A stretch of DNA of 64,000 nt from Tubiluchus corallicola. Its lineage: Eukaryota > Animalia > Priapulida. The translations under genes were made by a program, and so were the position numbers. The stretch is from positions 372,001-436,000 of the forward strand of contig JAQGDQ010000138.1 of assembly GCA_030141605.1 (NCBI GenBank), given 5' to 3'. The notes beneath the pieces were generated by a model. That model saw only the letters and a list, made by a program, of their open reading frames with translations, did not search any database and had not been told where the DNA came from. The first letter of the stretch is position 1. Each line of letters begins with the position of its first letter. This document shows positions 38,434 through 50,558 of this stretch, piece after piece.

Positions 38434-39544
38434 GAGTAAACGAATGAGTTGGTTCTGAACTACACAGTATAAATTATGTACAGAGATTATGTACTATGCA
38501 GACACAGCACTGATGGGGAAACATGGATAAAAGTCCACCGTTAATTATTTAAACAGACCTTGAGCGCTGCATCATGGAGATTCATTGCCATGTAAGACCC
38601 AGAAAAAACAATGCACTACAGAAAATTCTTGGGGCCTATGCACCTCTTGGCAAAAGAACGTTATCAGCATCAACGTATTCTGGATTAAGGCCAAACAAAC
38701 CACATGGTGTGCAGTGTTTCAGGACTTACGTAAGTAAAATACACGCATTAAAAATCGCAAAACGTAGCGATTAACCAACCCTACTAACGAGAAAAATACA
38801 TAGGATTGATTTCCCTTGCCATAACTGAACAACAATATATCATATTTAGTTGATTCTTTACAATGCTGTTCAGAAACATAGACCGTTAGCCTGAAGTAAT
38901 TAAAAGCAATGGTTGGTTTTCAGTTTAACATACACAAAGAGAGCTTTATGAAGTTTATGAACAGCTAATTGGACAAAATTTTATGTCTGCTTTGTGCAGT
39001 CTTTTCTTTTCAATTTACTTTCTAACGAAAATTAAGTCACTGGCTCTTTTTTGAGGTAAATATTCACATAATCATGAAATCGAGGGAAAAGGTAATATTC
39101 ACGTAACCACATACTGCTAGGACGCATATTTATGCAGCGACGACTTACTGAGTCAGTATTTACGACATACTGCATTCTGACTTTAATGTACTTACGCTGT
39201 ATTACTCAATATTGAATGCAGCGGAGATTCTCATGGACCATCTAATGAACCTGTCGCACCTGATTACCAGTAATCATTCCTACATAATTATAGCTTATAA
39301 GTCCTAAGGCAGTCTGTCTTTCATATATAGTTCTTGGTTCTTCGGGTACCTTTAGGGTTTATTTTTAGGTACCATTGTAAAGTGCTGCTGGGAATCCACC
39401 GACCAGGGGTGCAAAGAATAAGTGCTCAACAAAGTAGATGTTTCTGTTATGCTTTTATATTTATCATACAGCTGGTATGCTTCACATTTAGTAGATGTAA
39501 AAATATTTAAACAAAGTTAAGTAAAAAGATAAAAACCAACATAC

Positions 39545-39781
39545 CACATTTGTTTTTGTACAGTACAGTGATATTTCGTTTGCTCTCACACGCAGCTTTG
39601 TTGAGTTCACACATATTATTATAATCCTTTCCATCCGAGCCACATACGACCGAGCTATCAGTACTGTCGCCATAGTCATAACACATCTTCGGACACATGC
39701 AATGAGCCGACTGGCCATCCGGTGACCGTTCACACTCAGCGCCGTACGAGCAGATCACTCCATCACAGGGATCCCTAGAAT
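39545..39781 (-). CDS. AGRN: agrin FS/Kazal domain 2 (internal acceptor form)
   Basis: DSRDPCDGVICSYGAEC...VCGSDGKDYNNMCELNKAAC; 237 nt, phase 1-1 using a weak aaag acceptor; donor gtatgt. Confidence 0.9.
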
Positions 39782-39845
39782 CTTTATTAAATAGATAACA
39801 ACAGTCAGTCAATGAGACAAGCAACAATGATGTTACAAATATCAT
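39782..39845 (-). CDS. AGRN: in-frame 5' extension of the FS2 exon encoding a signal-peptide-like segment MIFVTSLLLVSLTDCCYLFNK
   Basis: ATG in a caaaaATG context 9 nt downstream of a strong ttactttgtttatttcag acceptor (boundary 39854); hydrophobic core, in frame with FS2. Confidence 0.65.
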
Positions 39846-42030
39846 TTTTGTGCTCTGAAATAAACAAAGTAACTGCGGCAAGAAAGAAACTAGCCACTTT
39901 TTCCACTTCATCTCACGACTTGATTTGCATTGGAAGCAGTTAGCTCGCTTACTACTACATCCTTCAAAACGATACTCCCAACTATCATCGTTTCAAGGCC
40001 GTTTAAGGAGTCATAACACTTGTTACTCCATAGTACGTATCCATTATCAACATTCAACATTTGTCCGCCTGCCATGATGACAGCATTAACCAAAGTCCGA
40101 ACTAATGCAGAAACTTAACACATTCCACATTGTCTTCAATTTCACAGAGATGTCCTCAAGCACTCAGATAGCAATGTACTAACAGCACTTTGCCTATAAT
40201 CTCCTGCTCATACACCACGCAGCAAGCGCCAGTAGGCTTCCCCAAGTAGAGGAGAGAACTCTATATCTGTGAGTTGGCACTAAAGCCATGACAGAATAAC
40301 TGTTCTTGGCAGATAATACTACTTTTACAGCGTTTTCCACTAAACACCACAATTAAAAACTTAAAGGTCGGTTTTAGAAGGGCGTTTCAATAAATGAGAT
40401 TCACGTTTATGGCTTCACACTACTCAGTAGCTACGCCCCTAGCATCAGAGGCTCAGTTAAATGTTGCAGCGAAGATCAATATGCATTTAATAGCCGAAGA
40501 ACATCAACATCAGCGCTGCCTGAACTGATGGAATTATAAGTGCATTAATTTTTAATAATCGTCTTCTCAGATGCTCGCAAATGTGGCGTATTTGAGCAAA
40601 GAAATGGCAAGAAACGACTAACAGAACGGTTGGAAATTAGTGTAACTACAGGTAAAGTCAAGAACACTGACGACTAGATGGATGAGTATTTTTTTGTCTT
40701 TCATAATGATTTCAAAAGACGCCCTTTGAGAATATCTAGCCAACAACAATGTTCCAGATCGGTTTGGGCCTTGCTGTTCTGTCACTTCTGTTTGACTCTT
40801 TACGCTAATCTAACAACATCTTTACTAGTTCAGGACCTAGGCTTGATGATAATCCGATAAGCGGTTACAAAGTTAAATGAAATCAAGTCCGAAAAATTGC
40901 CAGTTTTGCCGCTTTTAACAGTTACTATTAATACTCAGTTTACTGAGTGATTGTGGGTCCATTGGCTGTTTTTAGTGAACTCTTCTAGTAAAACTAAAGC
41001 AATTACTATATTCAAGAAAGCCCCCAATTATATTATTATAATTGCTAAACTTGAATATGATTATGTAGTTATAACGTAACTCATTAACTATATACGTATA
41101 TCTATATCTATATGTGTAATGTGTATGTGTATGTGCATAATGCATATGTATATGTATATGAGAAATACTGTGGACCGAGGATAGTGTGTATACTGCATAG
41201 CAACGATTTCTTCTCAAAATGGACAGCGCGAACAATAATCCTGCTCTATAAATTATCCAGGGCGCTCGAAATGTCTGAAATGTCACTGACTCAGTTACAA
41301 TAAATGCCATTAGATTTATGTTGTCTTGGTTTCAGTATGAGCCTCTATGAATAAAGGCTACAGATGATATATTAAATTGGAAGGTGTTAAATGAAGGCAC
41401 GATTATTCCTGAAGTGACCACAGATAGTCTAGAAGACGTCTGGCTCTATTATGGTAGCTGCACGTACTCACGAAGAGAAAACTTTATTGGTCTTAATCAA
41501 GAATACTTCTCACGCTTAACATTTTCTTTGAGATCAACCCTTCCTATTATTGAAAGTGAGAACACTTTTCATATTGAATATCACATGAAAGTTATATGAA
41601 GAAAAAAAACATTTGGAAAATTTTAAATGGCCATACACAATGGAAGGATGTGCAAATTTCATGAAATCACTAGTTTGCCGAATTAATGGCAATTTGAATC
41701 ACGAATTCACAACAAATAACAGCCGACCATCTACAGCTGCAACTCAGCTTTGCTAAATGCAAATTTGTATTGCTATCTACCATTACTCATAATCTTCCCT
41801 CATCAAACTAACCTACTTTGCGTTTTGAGTGGAATAAGTCATGACGAATGAGTTTAACTCATCGCCGCTTCTGTAAAACCATTTTTTGCCTCCCGAACCT
41901 CAAATACAATGCTAGAAATTCGAGTTGATTGTCTTTACTACAGACAAAGCAAGTACCTGTAGGAATTTCAGAAGAATTAGTCTGGAAGCATAGCCGATAA
42001 ATTTAGTCAGACCACACCGGAATGTCAAAA

Positions 42031-42424
42031 GGCTGCGCGGAAAGTTTGGTACTAGTAAGTTTGGTATTGGTAAGTTTCGTACTAGTAAGTTTGGTACTGG
42101 TAAGTTTTGTACTAGTAAGTTTGGTACTGGTAAGCTTGGTACTGGTAATTTTGGTAGGAGGAAATTTTGGTACCAGGAAAATTGGTACTAAGAATTTTTG
42201 GTACAGGGAAAATTTGGCACAAGGAAGGTTTGGTACTATCAGAATATGTTATATATAACTTACTTGAACAAGTTATAGAGGCTCATATTGTTGCATTGGT
42301 TTTTTGTTTGCTTCCTCTTTGTTTGCTATTTGTCATTATTGTTGTTGTTTGTCTGTTTCTTGCTCACTCTTTTGTTGTGATTACTGCCACCACCACCACC
42401 AACACCACCACCACCACCACCACC

Positions 42425-42458
<34 letters not shown>

Positions 42459-43462
42459 TCTAAGCTGTCATCATATCACCATATTTACTTTTGTCATTTT
42501 CTTGCTGTTGTTCTTGTTGTTTTGTTATTGTTGATGTCATCGTTGTTGGTGGTGCTGCTGTTGTTGCTATTGTCGTTGTTGCTGATGTTGTTGTTATTCT
42601 TGTTGTATGTTAGTTCTTGTTTGCAGTTTCTTTATCCTCACCATCATAATCATCATCATTATCATTATAATTATAATTATCATTATCATCATCAAGAAAT
42701 ACAGTTTTCACTTCCTACCGTGGGCCATGCAGGAAACCATACTATGCCTCTGCAGGACGTTTCTGTCCAGTGACGTTATTAGCGATTACGGCCATGTTCT
42801 TATCTCGGTTTGGTAATTTTTGTAAAAAGAAATAGAGTGATTTTTCCTGAAAAAAACAAGTTGGCCGAGCTTTTGGAAAATTTGCATGGTGAGTTGGAGA
42901 CCTTTCATTTTTGGCTAAAAGAATTCTCAAATGTACCTGCATGAGTGGATAATCACGGATAAAAATTAAGCTGTCATGCACTATTAATTACAGTATAATG
43001 TTTTATGAACTTTTTAACAAACCAGACTTTCCTCGCACCAGATTTCCTCCCTATTGAACTAAACTTCCTTATTTTCTAGTTGAAACAATTGTTTCATACT
43101 GAGATATAGAAATGTTCTCTTTTTCGTTTAGTACCAAATTTTCCAGTACCACACTTTCTTAGTATCAAATTTTCCTCGTACCTTATTTTCCTAGTAACAA
43201 AACTTCCTTGTACCAATATTTCATAGTACTAAACTATCCTGGTACCATACTTTCCTAGTACCAAATATTCCCATACCACATTTCTTAGTACAAAAATTCC
43301 TTGTACCTAAAGATAATAGTACCAAATTTACCTGTACCAAAATTACTGGGTACAAAAAATTCCTGGTACCAAATTTTCCCGCTACCAAAACTTCCTCGTA
43401 CTAAAATTACTTATACCAAACTTACCTGTACCAAACTTATTTGTGCCAAACTTTCCTACATT
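42031..43462. mobile_element. foldback/Mutator-like element with tandem-repeat TIRs
   Basis: Left arm has 15-bp GGTAAGTTTGGTACT and ~16-bp GGAAAATTTGGTACTA units; the right arm carries their reverse complements. 8-bp direct repeat TGTCAAAA at 42023-42030 and 43463-43470. Confidence 0.8.
42388..42695. repeat. compound microsatellite (CAC)n(CAT)n / (TGT)n / (ATC,ATT)n
   Basis: Directly visible trinucleotide runs inside the foldback element. Confidence 0.95.
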
Positions 43463-43929
43463 TGTCAAAAGAGATTAGGAGGATTTTGAAAAAGTTGCAA
43501 AGTTTTTTTGTGGTAATTTCACTGCACTCATTTTTAGTGACTTGTAATTGTAGTGCAAAATTAAATTATTATTTAATATGTCTGAAATTTCACAACCAAG
43601 GATTTTTTACTGGCTTCCCTTTAATGTCCTGGAATAATAATGTCTAAAGAAGTATCTTTTTATTTCTTTTTTTCATCTAATAAATTTATAATAAATACAT
43701 GTAGCAGGTCTAAATGTCAGAAACCCAATAATTATAATTAAAGCATATGTACTCTCTGTAAATTTTTCAAACTTTTTATTGTATTTGTAATGTGAAATAA
43801 ATGTCAAAGTCAAACTTGTATCGAACTGATCAAACACATATGTTCCATGTCCTAAAGCAACATTTTTTTTTGTTTAAAATAATATATGACAGCTTGACAG
43901 AGAAAACTTGAAAAATTATTGACACCTAC

Positions 43930-44139
43930 CACAAGGTCTCTCTTTTTTGATGCGGATGTTGCGTTGTTGTGTACATCCTGCAAGTCGTAGCTGACATTCG
44001 CTAGTATAGGTAACCCCATCATCGCCGCACACAGGTGCAAATACATTTGAACAAGTTTCCACGCATTTACAATAAGCTGTCCCATTATCGTGTAGCAAGC
44101 ATTGCGACCCAAACGCGCAATATTTCACCTCACATGGCT
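43930..44139 (-). CDS. AGRN: agrin FS/Kazal domain 1
   Basis: EPCEVKYCAFGSQC...PVCGDDGVTYTSECQL...RPCG; tttcag acceptor, gtaggt donor; 210 nt, phase 1-1. Confidence 0.95.
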
Positions 44140-47100
44140 CTGAAATAAGCAAAATTCTCATTTATAGCTAAGTTACCAGAATAATACGAAATATATAGCA
44201 TGCAATGAGGAGATAAAACCGATAATTACTATACCAAGCCATTTAAGGCGGATAGGCTGAAAGAATACAAATTTATGTGAAAAAGTGAAAAAGTTATGGC
44301 CGAGCTCTGAGTTGAGTTCACGTCATATAGAATATAGGCCCAGTGACAATTCCAGTCATGGCTTTGACGATTTGGGCAGCGTCTTCTATGGTCTGATGAC
44401 TTTATCAGGGAAAACCGAAGTCAGCAAAGAGCAGACTTTTAAACCTGCAGCACACATGCACGTAACTTCATAAATATAAATTCTTCGCAGTCATTCACTG
44501 AATAACTTGAACATTGGTTTTACGTTCAGAAACCAGTAACTATCGCCAAAATTACAGCACTTATACGCTTATGGAGTAATTAAAAAGTGTTTAATGAGTT
44601 ATTTAATAGCCTGCACAACTTTAACGGTCCATATCATAGGCTATAATACAAATGTAACTATCTCAAAACCAATAAGCCTAATGCAAAAGCATTAAAATGA
44701 AAAATAGGAGCTGTCCACACCCAGATACACCCTGTTGGTGTAAAGACTTCAAAAATTAGTACCGTACCGAAAAGGATTATTGTCAATTAAAATTACACCA
44801 TTTACGTTTTCACAAACGTTTTAGCGTTTAATGACACTTTGCTGAGGCGGCACCAGACTGGGGGCTAGGAGACAACATTCAAATCCACTGTATGGCACAT
44901 TCTACCAGCAAGTCATGTGACTTAAGAATATGCTAATAATTGCTACGTTGAAGTGTGCACATCTTTCACATTTCATAAACACACTTAACATATCAGTCCC
45001 CGTACTGGGTCACCAGCCCACTAAACCTAGCTTGGATGATGTATGGCACCTGCTATCCAAACCTGCAAATATTTTGTCTAGTTCAATTTGCTTTCACAAG
45101 CAAGTAATAATTACACGATAACTGATAACCAAAATTAAAGTGTTAAAATAAGAATAGGAAAATTTCAGCATTTTGAACTAGATCATGTCTGCTCGTTCAG
45201 CTCGTGCACTACTTCATAGTAATAGACAGTTTTAATAAGAAATAAATATCAGCTAGAAATTGTGTGTAAAGTTTGCCTATTGTGAGTATGGTTTTATGAA
45301 AAGTTACTTCATGGTCTGATACGTAAAATTTACACAAAGTTTCTTTCTGCATTGTGCGTAATTAACTTTAATAGTACCGTCAGCAATGAGTTCTTATAAC
45401 GTGATTTAATACGATGAGTTGATAACCACATTTCTAAATTTACTTGACATGTACATGATGAGTTTTGAATATTTTTTTCCACTGTGAACCATCTTCAAGC
45501 ACAATAGTGTTTGCAAAATACAATACGTTTTGTTTGTGAAAAGTAAGTTTGCCACATTGGCCTTTACATAATCCCGTAAAGCAATGAATGGGCAGCAGTT
45601 TCAGTTGATACGACTGTTACACTATCAGGCCACCACTACCTGACCGCTGGTACACGGGCTTTAATTCGGCAAGGTCAAAAGTTCTGTCTCAGAACAATTT
45701 TTAACAAAATTATACAGTGAAAAGTTTCCATTTGCAGCAAGATGTTGAAATAGCAAGTAAATTGACACAAAAAAAAAACCCTAGACTGGGGCTTCAAATT
45801 CCAGTAGCAAGCATTGGCACCCTGATGTACGTATTGTTTACTGTTTACTGAACCAAAGTCGCTGTTTACTACAGACAAATTCGCAAAATACCAGGGCCCC
45901 GCTTTCGCGTACTGCATTTTTTGGTGAAATTCAAGTAGTGAACTTAAGTGCACTCAAAAACAGCTACATGAATATGATTTACGACACTGTCTTAGAGGTG
46001 TCGTAAGACAATGCACTTAGGTGCATTAACTTATAACACATACAAGAGTCCTCATCCCATCCAAATAAATATTTGATGGCTTGAGTTATGCAAAGTCGGG
46101 TAAATATGTATGCATGACCACTAACTGTGGACCGGAAGGTGGGTAGCGGCAAAGACAAATTAAAATAAATAAAATATAATATAATAAAATCAAATAAAGT
46201 AAAATAAAGTACTGTATCAAAATTGATTTTCAGTATGTGCGAAATGACTAAAAACATCGTTCGTTACCCAAGTTAGATATTATTATTCTGTCGTTCACTT
46301 CAGTTCTTTGTTGAATGTTGATTAAATTTAGCATTGAATTTATTTGATTAACCTGTGTACCACGTTACTATTCTTTAACTTCTTTTAAATCCTTGCCCGA
46401 AATAAAATAACATGTTGTCTTATTGGATTGTCATCCGAAATTTCAAGGGAATTTTATTCTGGCCATTCACATGAAAGCCCTGCTACTGTCCCAGCAACCA
46501 AGTTTTATCAATTTTGCAAGACCTTGAAATAACCTATTCCCGCGCCAATTTTAGTCATCAAACTGCGGAACAGTGATAGAAACAGATATATAGAACAAAC
46601 AACGGGCAAATAAACAATCGGATATTAACATTTTTAGTCACAGGACCATTTTGAGAATCCAGTGTAATGTCTCCTCCCTATGGGAAAATACAAACCAGAC
46701 AAATAAGGAACATAAGCACAACATTAAAAAAACTCAGAGCTTTATACACAATGTACAAAATGTTTTTTACAAAGAATTATGTTTCTCACTCTTTTTCACG
46801 TTAAAATGAAATGCGTCCAACTTCTGTAAACTGAAATTTTTATCTGACTCCATTCAAGGATCCTCTAAACCCATTCATGGACCCCTGAACCTCAGAGGCT
46901 AAGAACCCTCACGCTTGAAGATTATTTCACTGTAAAGATAATGTAGGCAATGCACACTATATTTTACTATTATAATAAAATTTTTTTGTAATTTTTTCGT
47001 ATTTTCATTTCTTACAATAAAGTTTTGGTTTGAAACATTTAATATTTATGAGTTTATTCGACTATACGTACATTATTCGACTTGTCTAGTATTTATAAAA

Positions 47101-47476
47101 ATTACGTTCCTATAAAATATCATATTACTATGTTTAAAATAGTGTATTTTGGTTTTGGGTTTGTCAAAATATTATGGCACAATGCTCAAAAAACTAGTGG
47201 GAGCTAAGCAAGCTAATATAGTTCGACAAAACTCCATAAATATGTCTGCTAATAATCGCAATACACAGACAGCACAACGTCAATCAACTAGCGGGGTCCA
47301 CCTCGCAATGACCAATCAGACCCACTGTATTTTGGCTCTAACAGCTTTTCGATTGCTTGCGCCAGGACTTACTCCCAACCTCAACGGTACACATGAAGCG
47401 CATAATAATACACAGTGAAACTGTGTTCATTAATGTTTTCACTTATTAAATTCATTAAATAGAAGAGAAAAAGACA

Positions 47477-47675
47477 ATGGTGAAACGTTGTGCTTGAGGC
47501 ACACGTAATGTGGATGTTAAGTACCCAGAAAGGTTAGAAGTACGGCTTGTTAGTTTTCCCAATCCAAAAAAACACTTAGACAAGTATCACCGATGGATCG
47601 AAGCATGCGGGAGCAACATGAACAGTCTAACCCATTCAAAATTAATAAAAATCCTGCTGTCTGCTCGAAGTTTCC
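47477..47675 (+). mobile_element. degenerate THAP zinc-finger relic of a DNA transposon
   Basis: MVKRCA*GTRNVDVKYPERL...SFPNPKKHLDKYHRWIEACG, then a frameshifted INKNPAVCSKF; shows the THAP C-x4-C...FP...W...VCSxHF pattern in decayed form. Confidence 0.75.
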
Positions 47676-50522
47676 TAACGTTCTATAGTTACTGCAGGCT
47701 ACGTGTAGAAATGCGGCGTGTATCAAGACAACGCACAGGAATAAGATACTATACTGTACAGTATACTGTACGAGTACTTCGCTGTGCACGACTGGATGAA
47801 TGAACACTAGATTGTACGTTGTGCAATTATTAATAGTCACAAAGTTTAGCTCAGCTAACTTGCTTGATTTTAATTTAATTTATTCAGGTATATATCTATA
47901 TTATGATATAATTTATTATCATGTATTACTAGCTGATATTTTAAACATTGAATTCTATTTTCTACTGATAATGAACTAAACTGCTATATGGTACTACCAA
48001 AAACACCAATAGGCCTACAGTATAATATATTAATTACTAACTTATTAATAACAGTAATATTAATAATATACTAGTAAATAAATAACGCCACTTAAACAAT
48101 CTAGTCAATTTAAACAAATCTCAAATGTTACTAATATTTCGAAAATAAATTACTGAAGCAAAGAAATAATGAATATAATAGAAGATGCATTATTTACAAC
48201 CTGGTGTCTTTCTGCCGTTTCTAAAACTTTACTCTTTTCTACTGATTTTTAAACGAAAGACTTGGGCAGTGACAACATATGGTGTACCAACTTGCAGCAA
48301 GTGTTTATGAGAACGTGTGTATGAACATCATCAAGGGGGGCGGGGCTAAACGCCGCTTGCGATCTATGTATTAATGTACCAGTAAATAAACATCACTATT
48401 TCGAACACACCACAAATAGTTAGGTAACGAAATATAACCCCGATGTCTGCAACAGTAGTAGAATAATAACTGCATGGGAAAATCAATAAGATTTTGCTAA
48501 ATTTTGACAGTTGCTAACATGAAGTTAACGGGAAAATATTGACAAATACAAATATGTAATCATTATAACGCTTACGTTTTCGTATAATCAGTTGTACAAA
48601 ACATGAAACACGACTATATTTTGAAAAATTTATCTGCTTTTTGGATGTTTTTCATACAATTTGTCACTGAGATTGAACCGGCAGCGATGACGACCACATA
48701 ATTCAGTATTCATTAGAATAAATTAGCAGAGCAAATTATGAACACTCGACAGGCTATAGTGCAGGCTATTGGTTACTTATTTCATAATGTAGGCAACATT
48801 AAAAATTATCATCAAATTAAAAAATTAAAAATAATATTTTGTTGAGTTTTAGATATGCTATATATATCTTTAAAATGTTGCATGGTAGCTGAATGTTGTA
48901 AATTATTTGGCTTTATATTCTTTTGTATAATTATGTTCTTACCACTTGTAGTTAAATTACAGAAAACCAGTATCTGAATTATCTTAAAAAACATTTACGT
49001 AATATGCATATGTTTATAATTATATCCTACTCACATAATTATTTTCATGAAATAAATTCAAGACTCACAATGGTTAAAGTGAAAAAACTTTTTATGTGAA
49101 ATTTGCTAAACTAAACGTAGTAAACCACAAGGACTTGGAGGGCACATCATAATCAGGCAATACAAGTAGATGTCATTCCACAGAGGCGCAAACTGTAACC
49201 CAACCACACATGAAATCACTACAGTAAAAAATTCATTTTGACATTTTTAACTTTTGACCATTGACTTCTGATCAATTTTTAAATTGATTAAGATTATGGA
49301 AAAAATTAATCACCATCAAAATTTGAACACGAAAACAATGGTTTTCCAAGTCTTACACAGATCTGCCTTATAGCTTCATCCTCAATATGGGCAAAATTTT
49401 CTTTTTAACATTTTTGACACCGCAACCTTGATCTTTGACCTTTCAGTGGCCGTTCTGTCGGATCTGTGTGTGTCTAGCCAAACAACAAATCAAAATAGAT
49501 GAAGTTATATTCACCAAATGTGGTAAAGGGATAAGACTGGGCAACACCTAGAAATTCATTGCTTTTTGTTTTTTCAAAGGTTTAAAGTCAGTATCACAAA
49601 GTCAAAAAATACAGTAAAATCAAGCTATAAAAAGCCTATAATCATCAAATTTGGGACACGGAGTGAGACCTGGCGGCAGTCTTGTTTTTGTTTGAAAGGC
49701 CAAAAAATGTCTACATCAATTTTTCCCCACACTGACTTCATGTGAGGTCACCACCTCTGTATCTAGTTCCTAGTCAAGTTGCGCAAATCAATACACATTG
49801 GAGTATGAAATTTTGAAATGGGGGGGGGAGGAGTGGGACGAGGCGATTAAAATATGAAATAAGACAGTTGTATGAAGTTTTAAAATTTCGTTTTGAATGC
49901 AAAGCACATTTAATGCTGCACATCGGGGGTTCTTAGTTCAGAGTAGCTCTGATCAGTAATGAATATCAAACTTAAATGCTTTCTTTAAAAGATAATTTAA
50001 GGTTTTCAGAGATTCATTAAATGAATGAACAACCAAGAAAATCATCAAATTACAAAAAAATGCATCGCAAGCACTTTGCAAAAGCTTTTAAACATAAGCA
50101 ACGCAGGTTGCAAGTTTTGCGATAACACCAATTCAACTAGATTAGGTTTATTTATTTATTTTGCAATATTACATGATGTAATTTACTTTAATTTACAAGA
50201 CAGAAGTGAAAAAGAATTTCACAAGATAGACTCAAACATGCCCTCCTTTTTGAAACAGAAGCTATTATTTGTCCTATGGTGTCTAAAACATAATTATTTC
50301 GTCATTTGCAAGTACATTAATCATTGAACTGCAGAAAAACAAAAATAAAATCATGCCTATTCTCTATTGTTTTAGAAAAGCGAAAAACAAACAAACATAA
50401 AAAAGATTTACAGGTTAAGGCATGAATATATGAACATAGAAAAAACAAGGACTGTTTTACTTCAGCAGAAGTAGTATTAAATAATAAACATTTTGGATAG
50501 CATAAATAATATTAACACCTAC

Positions 50523-50558
50523 CTGGTGGTGGTGGAGGCTTATAAGAAAATGGTAAAT
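50523..50558 (-). CDS. AGRN: agrin 36-nt Pro-rich linker microexon (xLPFSYKPPPPP)
   Basis: Acceptor gttttttttcag, donor gtaggt; phase 1-1, open, and joins FS1 as ...PPPPP-E-PCEVKYC. Confidence 0.85.

Noticed and set aside
42040-42240. Regular 15-bp repeats resembling a CRISPR array or a coding repeat (LVLVS)n
   Set aside because: No unique spacers, eukaryotic context, and mirrored at 43130-43460; these are transposon TIR subrepeats.
42167-42816. Poly-His/Thr/Ile/Leu ORFs
   Set aside because: Translation artefacts of trinucleotide microsatellites.
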